Shown piece by piece: positions 19,264 to 30,008 of a stretch of DNA of 64,000 nucleotides (position 1 is the first letter of the stretch; the number at the start of each line of letters is the position of its first letter). A model generated the notes under the pieces. The model ran no database searches. It was given only the letters and a program-made list of their open reading frames with translations, and had not been told where the DNA came from. The DNA is taken from NCBI GenBank assembly GCA_001782805.1, contig MFPT01000002.1, positions 133,401 through 197,400 on the forward strand. Direction: 5' to 3'. The position numbers were made by a program, and so were the translations under genes. Source of the DNA: Candidatus Magasanikbacteria bacterium RIFCSPHIGHO2_01_FULL_41_23 (GTDB lineage: Bacteria; Patescibacteriota; Patescibacteriia; Magasanikbacterales; UBA922).

Positions 19264-19700
19264 TCTTTGAATCAAATCAATTTAAATTAACATAAATTAA
19301 ATCAATATTAATCAACATTAATTTCAGTAGTAGGTAATTTTGTTTTTCAGTAAAACTCGCTATTCTTCTCCTCTCCCTAGTTTCTATCCCTATTGACAGC
19401 TAATCTATATATAACCAAGCCAGTGGAAAGGATGCTCGTACACATTACTGAAAAACAAAATTACCTACTACTGAAATTACCTCAATGCAACACCAAAACA
19501 TTCACTATACCAATAAGTAAAATGGAGACGAATATACTTTTGCTGAAAGCTGAGTATATTGACTTACTGAGAATGCATAATCCGTTAGACTATCAGTTGA
19601 ACAAAAGGATATCGTCGAATTTTGCTTACGACTTAGGGAAAAGAGGATCGGTGAAGTTTGATTAAGACTTACGAAAAATTGCTTTTCAAATAAAAAAAAT

Positions 19701-21479
19701 ATGAACAAAAAATGGACTGTTCGCGAAACGCCACCGCAAAATTTTTTTGATGAACATCCGGAATTACCGGCAATCGTGTCGACATTATTGTATCATCGCC
19801 AGCTGCGCACGCAAAAAGAAATTGATGAATTTCTTGATCCGGATTATTCGCAAAATGTGCACAGTCCTTTTTTGTTTAAGGACATGGAAAAAGCCGTAAC
19901 GCGAATAATGCGCGCGATTGAAACCAATGAACGCGTTACTGTCCACGGCGATTATGACGCCGATGGCGTGTCATCGGCCGTCATTATGACGGCAATTTTC
20001 CGCGCTCTTAATTATACCAATTTTTCTGTCTTTCTCCCTCACCGTGAAACTGATGGTTATGGTTTGAATCTGAACACGGTAAAATTGCTTGCCGACGAAG
20101 GCACTAAATTAGTTATTACTTGCGATTGCGGTATTAGCAACACGCCCGAAGTGGAACTCGCGAATTCGCTGAATATTGATGTTATTATTACTGATCATCA
20201 TTCCATTCCCGCCATTGTTCCGCCGGCTTATGCGATTATTCATCCCAAACTTCCAAACGAAACGTATCCGGATCAAACATTGTGCGGCGGCGCAGTGGCT
20301 TTTAAATTAACACAAGGAATTTTAGAAACGCACAAACGCACGAATGAACTTTTGCCCAACGGCCAAACACACGATGCGCTGGAAAAATGGCTGTTGGATA
20401 TGGTAGCAATCGCGAGCGTGGCTGACATGGTTCCCCTGCTTGGTGAAACGCGGACGCTGACCAAATACGGTTTGATTGTCTTGAATAAAACGCGTCGGAT
20501 TGGTTTGCAAAAATTATTATTGGAAGCGCGACTCATGGAAAATGACGGTAGTTTAAAACGCGAGATTGACGCGGACACAATTGGCTTTCGGATTGCGCCG
20601 CGCATTAATGCCGCCGGAAGAATGGGTCACGCCAATGTCGCGTATAAATTATTGGTGGCTGAATCCGGCGCAGACGCGATTGATTTGGCGTTTGAATTAA
20701 ATAATAATAATAATGAGCGGCAAAAAAAAACCGAAGAATATGTCAGCGAAGCAACTGGCCAAATAAAAATTGATCCCAGCGCGCCGATTTTATTTGTCAT
20801 CAGTGAAAATTGGGCAACGGGAATTGTGGGTTTGATTGCCAGCCGACTCAAAGAAAAATATTCCAAACCCGTAATCGCGCTGACCTATAATCAAGGGCAA
20901 ATCGTGGGATCGGGCCGCAGTATTGAAGGTTTTAACATGATCGCGAATTTGCAAAGCATGCCGGAATGTTTTATTAAATTCGGCGGACACCCCATGGCCT
21001 GTGGATTTACCCTCAAGACGCTGGAATCAGTAGCGGAATTTAAGGAAAAATTAACCACAAAATTTTTAGAACAAACCAAAAATCTGAACATGACTCCTGT
21101 ATTGAACATTGACGCGGAATTAACATTGGAAGATGTAAAGTGGGAGCTTTACGATGTGCTGGATAAATTCAAACCATTCGGACAAGGCAATCCCAAACCA
21201 CGATACTTGGCTCGCGGCATTACGGTTGTTAATCTGGAAACTATGGGCAAAGACGGCAAACATTTGCGTATTAATGTAAAACACCACACACCGCGCATAC
21301 GCAAAATCATTGGCTGGAATTTGTGCGGTAATGGCAATGGCGGTAATGGCAACGGCGTTAATTGGTCCAAAGAATTAAAAATTGGCGACAAAATTGATAT
21401 CGTATTTGAAGTGGATATAAATGAATGGAACGGCAATCGCGAGTTGCAATTATTAATTGTTGATTTAAAAAAAGTATGA
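19701..21479 (+). CDS. recJ: ssDNA exonuclease RecJ
   Basis: GDYDADG, DCG, TDHH, PRINAAGR, GSGRS, FGGH, PFGQGNPKP. Confidence 0.97.
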   Translation: MNKKWTVRETPPQNFFDEHPELPAIVSTLLYHRQLRTQKEIDEFLDPDYSQNVHSPFLFKDMEKAVTRIMRAIETNERVTVHGDYDADGVSSAVIMTAIFRALNYTNFSVFLPHRETDGYGLNLNTVKLLADEGTKLVITCDCGISNTPEVELANSLNIDVIITDHHSIPAIVPPAYAIIHPKLPNETYPDQTLCGGAVAFKLTQGILETHKRTNELLPNGQTHDALEKWLLDMVAIASVADMVPLLGETRTLTKYGLIVLNKTRRIGLQKLLLEARLMENDGSLKREIDADTIGFRIAPRINAAGRMGHANVAYKLLVAESGADAIDLAFELNNNNNERQKKTEEYVSEATGQIKIDPSAPILFVISENWATGIVGLIASRLKEKYSKPVIALTYNQGQIVGSGRSIEGFNMIANLQSMPECFIKFGGHPMACGFTLKTLESVAEFKEKLTTKFLEQTKNLNMTPVLNIDAELTLEDVKWELYDVLDKFKPFGQGNPKPRYLARGITVVNLETMGKDGKHLRINVKHHTPRIRKIIGWNLCGNGNGGNGNGVNWSKELKIGDKIDIVFEVDINEWNGNRELQLLIVDLKKV

Positions 21480-21901
21480 AAATCACCATTTACACTGACG
21501 GCGGATCGCGCCATAATCCCGGACCAGCCGCGCTCGGCGTTGTCGTTAAAGATGAAACCGGAAAAACGATCGTCAATTACGGAGAATTTTTAGGTAATCA
21601 AACGAATAATTACGCCGAATATATGGCGATAATTTCCGCGCTCAAAAAAGCGCACGAACTTGGCGCCACCGAAGTACATTGTATTGCCGACAGCAAATTG
21701 GTAATAGAGCAGCTTAAAGGAAATTGGAAAGTGAAAGAGCCGACTCTCCAAAAATTATTTATTCTGGCCTGGAACGAACTGCAAAAATTTAAAAAATATT
21801 CTTTGTCACACACTTTGCGCGCGGGAAATAAAGAAGCCGATGCCGAAGTAAATAAAATTTTAGATGCGATTGTTGGAGAAAAGAAAAAATTCCATAATTA
21901 A
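21476..21901 (+). CDS. rnhA: Ribonuclease HI family protein
   Basis: YTDGGSRHNPGPA, TNNYAEY, DSKLVIEQ, NKEAD. Confidence 0.9.
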   Translation: MKITIYTDGGSRHNPGPAALGVVVKDETGKTIVNYGEFLGNQTNNYAEYMAIISALKKAHELGATEVHCIADSKLVIEQLKGNWKVKEPTLQKLFILAWNELQKFKKYSLSHTLRAGNKEADAEVNKILDAIVGEKKKFHN

Positions 21902-21919
21902 ATTGGATTTGGCTTTAGC

Positions 21920-23380
21920 TTAGTGTAATATATGCCAGTTATGAAGCAAAGCTTCATGCTTTAGTGCCGGCTTGGGTCGCACGGCAATTTTATATTTTAC
22001 TGATTTTAACATTGGGATGTCTGATGGTGAATCACCGTACGCATAACTCTTTTCTAAATCAATAGTATATTTCTTGGCCAAACGTTTAACTTGAACTGCT
22101 TTTTCTTCCCCAAAACAGAGACGATTGACCAAACCAGTGTAAAGACCATTTTTTTTCTCCAATGAAGTCACCGCAATATCCCGCGCCTTAAAAAACTTTT
22201 GAAATTGTCGAGCAAGCGGCGGAATGACTTCGCTGATCAAAAAAATCTGATGGCCGCGTTCACTATGATCTTTCATCACGACCATTAAATTATGCACTAG
22301 ATCTTTAATGATTTCTGTCTGAAAAAACGGCTCGGCAATTTTGGCAAGTTCAGCTTCCTTCCAACCGGCAGTAAATTGGTAAGCTCTTTTCATCAAAGTT
22401 TCGTGTGGCAACAAACCGATTTTTTCCAAAAACAAATGACCGATGATTTGCCATGTTACCAACGATGAAACTTTTCCATGGCACTGTAAATATTTCAAAA
22501 AGGTTTGTTGCGAATAATATTTGTACAAAGTTCGATCAATATCCACGAATACACCGATACGCTCGGGGTTTTTGTCATACAAGTCAGTTGGAATGGCGCG
22601 ATGAGGCAACATACCATAGAGTCTATCGGCAATTTCTTGTGAATACATTTTGACCGCGTGACGATAGTGTGTTTTTTTTGATAGAGTTGGCAGTTTCATT
22701 TCCGAAGAGACATTAATATAAATCGGACCTGGCCGAAATCGCAATCCACCGGGAAAAATATGATCCATGTTGGTAAGCGCGAGTGGTACAATTGGAATAT
22801 TGGCAGAAATAGCAACACGCGCTGCGCCAGTATGAATATAATGCACTTCTCCGCCCCACTCTACATGACCTTCAGGAAAAATCAACAATGATTTTTTTTC
22901 TTTGGTCGCGTATTGAATCAATTTTTCCAAGGCGACACGCTGTTCATTTGTCCTAGTACAATGAACCGCATCATACGCATCACGAGCCACATCAACAACA
23001 TCCATTTTTAGAAACCAGATATTAAAGGGAAATTTTTGTAATTCGGCCGGAGCTGTTAGCGGGATTAATTCCGGCCCTAAAAAAGAAAAAAATAAAAAGC
23101 CATCTATCATGGTGGGGTGATTGGAAATATATAAACGAACGTGTTCGGTCGGACTGGGAATTTTTCCCGATTGATGAATGCGCAGACCCATGATTTTAAA
23201 AATAGTTTGATTCAAGCCATGAGCCGCAATGCGCCACATTCGGGGACGATCTTCGCGCACAACAAAACGCTCAGTTAATAATAACCAGGGAAGCAGAACA
23301 ATATGGCCACCAATAAATAGTAGCCGTAAAAAAATTCCTAGAATTTTTTGTACGCCAGATTTACCTAACAGGCGAAGCAT
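21920..23380 (-). CDS. Fusion of a PlsC-like acyltransferase (N-terminal) and a HAD-IB phosphatase (C-terminal)
   Basis: NHPTMID (HX4D), IFPEG, PIVP; HAD motifs DIDRT, EEKA, AYGDSPSD. Confidence 0.88.
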   Translation of the reverse strand: MLRLLGKSGVQKILGIFLRLLFIGGHIVLLPWLLLTERFVVREDRPRMWRIAAHGLNQTIFKIMGLRIHQSGKIPSPTEHVRLYISNHPTMIDGFLFFSFLGPELIPLTAPAELQKFPFNIWFLKMDVVDVARDAYDAVHCTRTNEQRVALEKLIQYATKEKKSLLIFPEGHVEWGGEVHYIHTGAARVAISANIPIVPLALTNMDHIFPGGLRFRPGPIYINVSSEMKLPTLSKKTHYRHAVKMYSQEIADRLYGMLPHRAIPTDLYDKNPERIGVFVDIDRTLYKYYSQQTFLKYLQCHGKVSSLVTWQIIGHLFLEKIGLLPHETLMKRAYQFTAGWKEAELAKIAEPFFQTEIIKDLVHNLMVVMKDHSERGHQIFLISEVIPPLARQFQKFFKARDIAVTSLEKKNGLYTGLVNRLCFGEEKAVQVKRLAKKYTIDLEKSYAYGDSPSDIPMLKSVKYKIAVRPKPALKHEALLHNWHILH

Positions 23381-23414
23381 AGTGAAAATAAGATGATAGA
23401 ATCATACCATATCA

Positions 23415-23443
23415 TTGACAAATGAGTACAATTTGTATAGATT
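23415..23443 (+). promoter_or_regulatory. Sigma70-like promoter of the cyclase gene
   Basis: TTGACA-17 nt-TAGATT. Confidence 0.65.
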
Positions 23444-23505
23444 AGGACTGATTCTTCGCATGGTGCGAGGGATTAATTTGAACATCAGACAAGAGGAGCG
23501 GTGAG

Positions 23506-25278
23506 ATGGAATCTCAAAAAATAACACCAGCTTCTTGGCTGGATGTGTGTGGCAAAAACTGGTATATCTTCAGGGAGTTCCTGAAGATAAGTGGCTACGA
23601 TCCCAGCATGGTCGAGGCCATCATTCAACTAGTTTTGGAAGATCCGGACACAGAGGTGTTGGAGAAAAGCCGTCTTGAAAAAGAGTGGCTCACTCTCCAA
23701 CAATACCAGCTGGTAGAAAATGCGGTCGTCGAAACGACCGGTCATGTTCACCATTTGTTCGAGGCTGGACGATTTTCACACCAAATCCAGTTTGGTGGAT
23801 CGATCGCCTTGGACAAACTGAACCGTTTCTTTTTTCGGCACATCACCGAACCGGGAACCGGTTTTGGGTTCGTACCCAGCGCCACCGAAGGATTCAACGA
23901 AAACAAAACGTTCGAATTCGTGGTGACAGAGCGTGGTCACATGATTATCCGGCTGAAATATTTGCCGGGGCCAAACGGTATCATGAGAAACGCGACCGAG
24001 GACTATCGGTCAGCGATCTATTATATCCCAGGAATTTTCCGGGGTGTCGTAGACACATGGTACAGGAACGAAGAAACAGCCGGAGAGGTGAAGCTCCTGA
24101 GTGTTGACGTTCCTCCGCAAGTGATCATCGCGCGAGAGGCAGAGGAGGCAGGTGTTGACATGATTGTTGACGCCATTGACGAAAGTCAGCCTTATCTGTG
24201 TATCAATGGGATTGTCTATGGCCTCATCGTGGAACACGGTGAGAAAAAAGCAATTCTCATTACTCGCGACGTGGAAACGCCCTGTCGGATCCACGGCACT
24301 CTTCACCCGATTCTTAGGAAAGGTGAAATCTATCGCTGGAAAGAGCCGATCGAAACCGAGTATGACATTCGGTGGAGAAAAAATCGGCTGTTCACACTGT
24401 TCAGTCGAAGTCGGTTTGGCTCAAGTAAGGCGATTAAAGCAGGCTTGTCTGCCGAAGCGAGGATGGCTGACGCAGAAGCACGCCTCGCTGTCGTGAATGC
24501 AAATTCACGGGTGGCGCTGGCAGAATCTGCAGTTTCCGAAGCCAAACTCGAAGCTGCGCAAGCGAGAGCAGAAGCTGCGCAAGCGCGAGCCGATGTCGAA
24601 GCGGCCGGGAAGCGAAAGCTCCGTGCCATCTTCGAACGAGCAGCTCCGAGTCTGGGCGTGGCCGACGCTCTTCTTTCCGGCACTTTCCGTCCCATCAACC
24701 TGAAATCCGTGATTATTCAGTGCGATGTGGTAGGATTTAAGCGACTGTCTCAGTCTTGGGGACCGGTTCAGACAAACCAACGCATGACGCGAATGTTTGA
24801 GCTGATAGAATCCATTGCGCGAAAAAAGGGGTTCTTCCCTTTCAAGCGCATCGGCGACGCCCTCATCATCGCGTACGCTGAGTGGCCGCGGAGAAGCAAT
24901 GAGGCTTCGCCGTACCAGTCATTCGGGGAAGCCGAAGACATGGCGATGGTTCTCACTAAGGAGTTCCACAGATTGGCCAAGGAAGAATTGGCAATCATGT
25001 TCCGAATCGGTGTTGACCTTGGTGAGGTGCTCTGGTGCAACCAGACTACTGACCCAGAGGAAGTCCGGTTCGATGCAACTGGGAATCCTTTAACTGGGGC
25101 TGCGCGAGCTGAAGCCGCGGCAGAACCAGGAAGAACTTCGGTCACTGAGAACTTTGCCAGGTCTCGAGAATTGCGACTTGGTCCAGAAATGAAAAATTCT
25201 GGATTGAGAAGTCGTGGTAGGATTCGAGACAAAAACGGAGATCCTCTGGATGTCCGTGACGTCATCGAGGATAACTAA
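23506..25278 (+). CDS. Class III adenylate/guanylate cyclase with N-terminal putative sensor domain and Ala-rich coiled coil
   Basis: QCDVVGF, KRIGDA, FRIGVDLGEV, RFDATGNPLTGAARAE; SD GAGGAG; GC-rich. Confidence 0.82.
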   Translation: MESQKITPASWLDVCGKNWYIFREFLKISGYDPSMVEAIIQLVLEDPDTEVLEKSRLEKEWLTLQQYQLVENAVVETTGHVHHLFEAGRFSHQIQFGGSIALDKLNRFFFRHITEPGTGFGFVPSATEGFNENKTFEFVVTERGHMIIRLKYLPGPNGIMRNATEDYRSAIYYIPGIFRGVVDTWYRNEETAGEVKLLSVDVPPQVIIAREAEEAGVDMIVDAIDESQPYLCINGIVYGLIVEHGEKKAILITRDVETPCRIHGTLHPILRKGEIYRWKEPIETEYDIRWRKNRLFTLFSRSRFGSSKAIKAGLSAEARMADAEARLAVVNANSRVALAESAVSEAKLEAAQARAEAAQARADVEAAGKRKLRAIFERAAPSLGVADALLSGTFRPINLKSVIIQCDVVGFKRLSQSWGPVQTNQRMTRMFELIESIARKKGFFPFKRIGDALIIAYAEWPRRSNEASPYQSFGEAEDMAMVLTKEFHRLAKEELAIMFRIGVDLGEVLWCNQTTDPEEVRFDATGNPLTGAARAEAAAEPGRTSVTENFARSRELRLGPEMKNSGLRSRGRIRDKNGDPLDVRDVIEDN

Positions 25279-25362
25279 CCCACCAAGGAGGATCCGGCGC
25301 TGTATTCCCACCCACAGCGCCGCCAATCCCTTAACTTTATAACTCGGTTGTAAAATTAAGAG

Positions 25363-25424
25363 AAAAAAAATCCACCTCGACAAGCTCGGTGTAAACCCTG
25401 AGCTAAGTCAAGAGTGGATTTTTT
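25363..25424. terminator. Bidirectional terminator-like hairpin between the convergent cyclase and dnaJ genes, containing repeat-family sequence
   Basis: AAAAAAATCCAC...GTGGATTTTTT arms enclosing TCGACAAGCTCGG..CTGAGCT. Confidence 0.65.
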
Positions 25425-26521
25425 TATTTTTCATTTTTCAATTCTTCAATTAATTTTTTGGCGGATCGTGATAATTTTTTTGGCACATCAATAATCACTG
25501 TAACAAATTGATCACCGCGCCGACTACCATTAATTTCCGGTACACCAAGATCGCGCAAACGAAATTGCTGTTGCGATTGCGTGCCTTCGGGGATGGCTAA
25601 TTTTTTTTCACCATCCAGTGTTTGGATTACCACCGAGTCTCCGAGCGCAGCTTGAGGAAATGAAATATGTGTTTCGGTAAAAATATTTTGTCCCTCACGA
25701 TGAAAGGCTTTATCCGCGCGCACTCGAACCCGAACATATAAATCTCCGGCCACACCACCAACTCCCGGATGCTCACCTTTCCCCGATAGACGAATGGTTC
25801 CGCCATCATCAATGCCCGCTGGGATTTTAATCGTATATTTGGAATCATTTCGTTCCACTCCCCCGCCATTACAATGTTTACATTTTTTTTCAGCGACATT
25901 GCCGGCACCATGACAATTATCACAAGTCGCCACGCTTTGCATGGCGCCTAAAATAGTTTGTTGCACGCGACGCACTTGGCCTTGCCCTCCGCATACGGCG
26001 CATTTTTTATGTCCGCTTCCCGGTTCAGCACCACTGCCGTTACACACGGCGCAGGCATTGCGTTTGGTTAAATGAATTTCTTTTTCAATTCCAAAAACCG
26101 CTTCGCGAAAATTTAATTCCACATCCACCTGAATGTCTTGACCGCGTTTTTGCCCGCCACGACTATTTCCGCCACCAAAAAAATCTCCGAACAAATCACC
26201 AAATCCTCCACCAAAATCAAATTGCGCGCCATTTTGAAAACCACCTTGCTGGCCACGCGCCGCGCGCATAAAATCTTCCCAGCCAGCGCCACCGCCAAAT
26301 CCGCCCTGCTGTTCAAAATCAGCACCAAATTGATCGTATTGTTTACGTTTTTCTTCATTGCCCAATACCTGAAACGCCTCATTCAGTTCTTTAAATTTAG
26401 CTTCATCGCCGCCTTTCTTGTCCGGATGATGCTGATGCGCTAATTTACGAAAGGCTTTTTTTATTTCTTCCGCGTTGGCGGTTTTTTCCACGCCGATAAT
26501 TTTGTAATAATCTTTGGCCAT
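25424..26521 (-). CDS. dnaJ: Chaperone DnaJ
   Basis: HPD J-domain, G/F region, four CxxCxGxG repeats. Confidence 0.98.
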   Translation of the reverse strand: MAKDYYKIIGVEKTANAEEIKKAFRKLAHQHHPDKKGGDEAKFKELNEAFQVLGNEEKRKQYDQFGADFEQQGGFGGGAGWEDFMRAARGQQGGFQNGAQFDFGGGFGDLFGDFFGGGNSRGGQKRGQDIQVDVELNFREAVFGIEKEIHLTKRNACAVCNGSGAEPGSGHKKCAVCGGQGQVRRVQQTILGAMQSVATCDNCHGAGNVAEKKCKHCNGGGVERNDSKYTIKIPAGIDDGGTIRLSGKGEHPGVGGVAGDLYVRVRVRADKAFHREGQNIFTETHISFPQAALGDSVVIQTLDGEKKLAIPEGTQSQQQFRLRDLGVPEINGSRRGDQFVTVIIDVPKKLSRSAKKLIEELKNEK

Positions 26522-26529
26522 AAAAATTA

Positions 26530-27408
26530 TTATTTGTTTAATTTTTTCTGCCCATTTGCCGACAAAAAATTATTATTACTGATGATTGATTTTCCGGTTT
26601 TGCTTTCTAATAATTTCCTGGCACTCTTGGCCACGCCGCCGCCTTTTTTGGCGGCTCGGGCGTTTGGCATATAGCCTTCGGCTTTTTCAGCGTCAGCAAT
26701 TTGATTGGTAGAGAGCTCGGCGAGTGCGGTAAAAATTAATTCAGCCTCAGTCATGTGATCACGCAAATTTTCTCGTTTCAATTTTTTCAGATTTTTATGT
26801 TTGCGCGTGGTCATGCCAGTCCACTCGGAGTGAATCACGTCCGTGAGTTTCGCATATTCAATATCTTCTTTCAAGCCATGCGTTCCCCAATAATCCGTTA
26901 ATTTATTGCGCACTTCTTGCCCGCGCATGCGCTGTTCAATCCATTTTTCTGAATAACCCAACGCTTGCCAATTTTTTCGTGCGCGATTTAAGGAGCGCTC
27001 GGGGTCAACGGTTTCCTGCAAGCGTTCATAACCAACTTTGGCGAGCCAGAGTTTGAAGGGTTCGGCTTTTGGAGAAGGGATTGACTGGATGATGCGGAGA
27101 GCAGTTTCAACATCACTTACATCAGTTTCACGTTTCTTCCCATCCTGAGCCAACAATTTCAACTGGTGACATTTTGTCACCGATTCATTTCCCTCTTTTC
27201 CTAGTCGTTCCTTAAGTTTATTCCAATATTTTCGGGCTGTCTGAAAATCAGGTTGTTCGGTCAATACCCGAACAATATCAACAATACTAAAATACCATTT
27301 TTCCTCTTGCTCGCTCCATATTCGACGCACTGATTGCTGTTCAAATAAGACAATAGATTTTTCGGGAGACAATGCCCCCTCCTTTTTCTTTGGCATGTTT
27401 TTAAGCAT
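26530..27408 (-). CDS. BRO-N domain (antirepressor-like) protein
   Basis: VRRIWSEQEEKWYFSIVDIV, RIIQSIPSPKAEPFKLWLA, NLRDHMT. Confidence 0.88.
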   Translation of the reverse strand: MLKNMPKKKEGALSPEKSIVLFEQQSVRRIWSEQEEKWYFSIVDIVRVLTEQPDFQTARKYWNKLKERLGKEGNESVTKCHQLKLLAQDGKKRETDVSDVETALRIIQSIPSPKAEPFKLWLAKVGYERLQETVDPERSLNRARKNWQALGYSEKWIEQRMRGQEVRNKLTDYWGTHGLKEDIEYAKLTDVIHSEWTGMTTRKHKNLKKLKRENLRDHMTEAELIFTALAELSTNQIADAEKAEGYMPNARAAKKGGGVAKSARKLLESKTGKSIISNNNFLSANGQKKLNK

Positions 27409-27437
27409 AAAAAAATTTTAAATAAAATTTGACTGGT

Positions 27438-27878
27438 TTATCGAATGGGTTTTTTAAGCAAAGCACGCTCCAAATCATTAATGACTACTTTATCTTCAAA
27501 AATAAAATCAGTTAAATCGAGGGCTTCTTGCGCACTAAACCATTTACCGTACTCACCCTCTCCAATGGTAATCGTATCTTCCCAATTAAGCGGTGGCTGA
27601 AATAAAAAAATAAATTTAATACTTTTTAAAAACTCATAACGGTTAAAGAATGTAACTTCATTAAATTTAATGTCCATATTCAATTCTTCTTTCATCTCTC
27701 GTTGTAAAGAGAATTCGGGAGTTTCATTATTTTCCGCGCCGCCTCCCCAAAAGCCAAAATAATTCGGTAAAGTTTTTTGATCCGGAGATCTTTTTTGCAA
27801 AAAAACTTTAACGGTTCCCTGTTCTAAAATATAGGGAAGTAAAATGGAAATCTGTCTTTTTTCAAATTGCATAATCAA
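27438..27878 (-). CDS. NUDIX hydrolase
   Basis: GGGAENNETPEFSLQREMKEEL Nudix box. Confidence 0.88.
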   Translation of the reverse strand: MIMQFEKRQISILLPYILEQGTVKVFLQKRSPDQKTLPNYFGFWGGGAENNETPEFSLQREMKEELNMDIKFNEVTFFNRYEFLKSIKFIFLFQPPLNWEDTITIGEGEYGKWFSAQEALDLTDFIFEDKVVINDLERALLKKPIR

Positions 27879-27946
27879 TGCCTTATTGGTGTTTAGTAAT
27901 CATCAAACGCAAGACCACGAACATTCGAAGTCTCGGCGTTTAGTGA

Positions 27947-29938
27947 CTATTTCTGTTCATCCACCACTTCCCCCTCAATCGGACCTTCTTCTTTCTTGTC
28001 CTGAGCGTCAGTCGAAGAGTTATCAGCAGAATTTTGACCAGCATCTCCCATTGAGCCGGTCGTGCCATCAAAATTTGGTGGAGCGCCCGCGCCGCCTTTT
28101 TGATCTTGTTGATACATTTTTGTCCCCACGACTTGCGCCACGGTTGACAACTCTTCCGAAGCTTTTTTAATCGCTTCCAAATCTTCGCTATCTTTGAGTC
28201 CTTTCATTTTTTCGAGCGCATCAGCGACTTTTTTCTTTTCATCATCAGTCACCGCAATTTTTTTGGCTTCCACATCTTTCATCATCTTTTCCGTTGTGTA
28301 CACCATAGTTTCGGCCAAATTGCGCGTTTCAATCAGTTCACGCTTTTTGGCGTCCTCTCCCGCGTTGGCCTCCGCTTCTTTTTTCATTTTTTCAATTTCT
28401 TCTTTGGAAAGTCCTGACGACGCTTCAATGCGAATTGATTGTTCCTTATTAGTTGCTTTGTCTTTCGCCGATACACTCAAAATACCATTCGCATCAATGT
28501 CAAATTTAACTTCCACTTGCGGCACGCCGCGCGGCGCCGGAGGAATTCCATCCAAATGAAACGTGCCCAACATTTTATTGTCATTCGCCATTGGACGCTC
28601 TCCTTGTAAAACCTTAATTTCCACGCTCGGCTGATTATCTGCGGCCGTGGAAAATGTTTGTGATTTACTAGAAGGAATAGTGGTATTGCGATCAATTAAT
28701 TTGGTCATCACTCCGCCCATAGTTTCAATCCCCAGTGATAACGGTGTTACATCCAGCAATAAAATTTCTTTGCCCAAATCGCCTTGTAATTGTCCGGCCT
28801 GAATGCCCGCGCCAATGGCCACGACTTCATCTGGATTCACGCTGGCGTTTGGTTTTTTGCCAAAAAATTCTTCCACTTTTTTTTGTACCAAGGGCATGCG
28901 CGTCATACCGCCGACCAAAATAATTTCATCCAATTGACCAGAGGAAAAACCAGAATCTTCCAGCGCTTTCTTGGTAGGAATCATGGTTTTTTCCACTAAA
29001 TCCATTACGAGTTCTTCCAACTTAGCGCGCGATAATTTTAAATTCAAATGTTTCGGACCGTCCGCGCCAGCCGTAATAAATGGTTCATTGATTTCCGTTT
29101 CAACTGTACTGGAAAGTTCAATTTTGGCTTTTTCCGCCGCGTCTTTGACGCGTTGCAATGATAACGCATCTTTACTCAAATCAATCCCTTCATTTTTCTT
29201 AAATTCAGCGATAATCCATTCAATTATCCGCTGGTCAAAATCATCTCCGCCCAAATGCGTATCGCCATTCGTGGCTTTTACTTCCACCGTGGAATGTCCG
29301 CCTTCTTCATCCATGTCATGACCGATTTCCAAAATTGACACGTCAAACGTTCCGCCACCCAAATCATACACCGCGATTTTTTGATCTTTCGCTTTGTTAA
29401 AACCATAAGCAAACGCGGCTGCAGTTGGTTCATTTATAATGCGACGCACTTTCAAACCAGCAATTTCTCCCGCGTCTTTTGTTGCTTGACGCTGCGAATC
29501 ATCAAAATATGCGGGCACGGTAATAACCGCTTCTTCAATTTTTTCGCCCAATTTTGCTTCCGCATCTTCTTTTAATTTGCGCAAAATCATCGCGCTGATT
29601 TCCGGCGGCGTGTATGATTTATCCCCCATTTTTACTTTTGGTCGATCACCATCCGCCACTACCTCAAACGGCGAATGTTTTTGCATATTTGCGACTTCCG
29701 AATCCGAATAGCGACGACCAATCAAACGCTTGACCGAATAAACCGTATTTTTGGGATTCGTCACTGCCTGACGCTTGGCCAATTGCCCCACCAAAATTTC
29801 ACCGGTTTTGCTCATGGCAATGACTGACGGCGTGGTGCGGTGACCTTCTTTATTTTCCAAAATCTTGGGCTGTCCGCCTTCAATAATGGCCATGCAAGAG
29901 TTGGTTGTTCCGAGATCTATTCCGAGAATTTTTGACAT
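27947..29938 (-). CDS. dnaK: Chaperone DnaK
   Basis: [32 protein letters not shown]. Confidence 0.99.
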   Translation of the reverse strand: MSKILGIDLGTTNSCMAIIEGGQPKILENKEGHRTTPSVIAMSKTGEILVGQLAKRQAVTNPKNTVYSVKRLIGRRYSDSEVANMQKHSPFEVVADGDRPKVKMGDKSYTPPEISAMILRKLKEDAEAKLGEKIEEAVITVPAYFDDSQRQATKDAGEIAGLKVRRIINEPTAAAFAYGFNKAKDQKIAVYDLGGGTFDVSILEIGHDMDEEGGHSTVEVKATNGDTHLGGDDFDQRIIEWIIAEFKKNEGIDLSKDALSLQRVKDAAEKAKIELSSTVETEINEPFITAGADGPKHLNLKLSRAKLEELVMDLVEKTMIPTKKALEDSGFSSGQLDEIILVGGMTRMPLVQKKVEEFFGKKPNASVNPDEVVAIGAGIQAGQLQGDLGKEILLLDVTPLSLGIETMGGVMTKLIDRNTTIPSSKSQTFSTAADNQPSVEIKVLQGERPMANDNKMLGTFHLDGIPPAPRGVPQVEVKFDIDANGILSVSAKDKATNKEQSIRIEASSGLSKEEIEKMKKEAEANAGEDAKKRELIETRNLAETMVYTTEKMMKDVEAKKIAVTDDEKKKVADALEKMKGLKDSEDLEAIKKASEELSTVAQVVGTKMYQQDQKGGAGAPPNFDGTTGSMGDAGQNSADNSSTDAQDKKEEGPIEGEVVDEQK

Positions 29939-30008
29939 ATATTGTTTATTTATTGTTAAATAATTAATTGATTAATTTTATAATTTTTTCCATTGTAAAC
30001 TTTTTGCT

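Noticed and set aside
19393-19665. 90-aa ORF between lepA and recJ
   Set aside because: The TTG start coincides with a TTGACA box and there is no recognisable motif; a shorter ORF from the ATG near 19431 is possible but unsupported
21327-21357. GNGNGGNGNG repeat in RecJ
   Set aside because: Short low-complexity loop expansion with no evidence of phase variation
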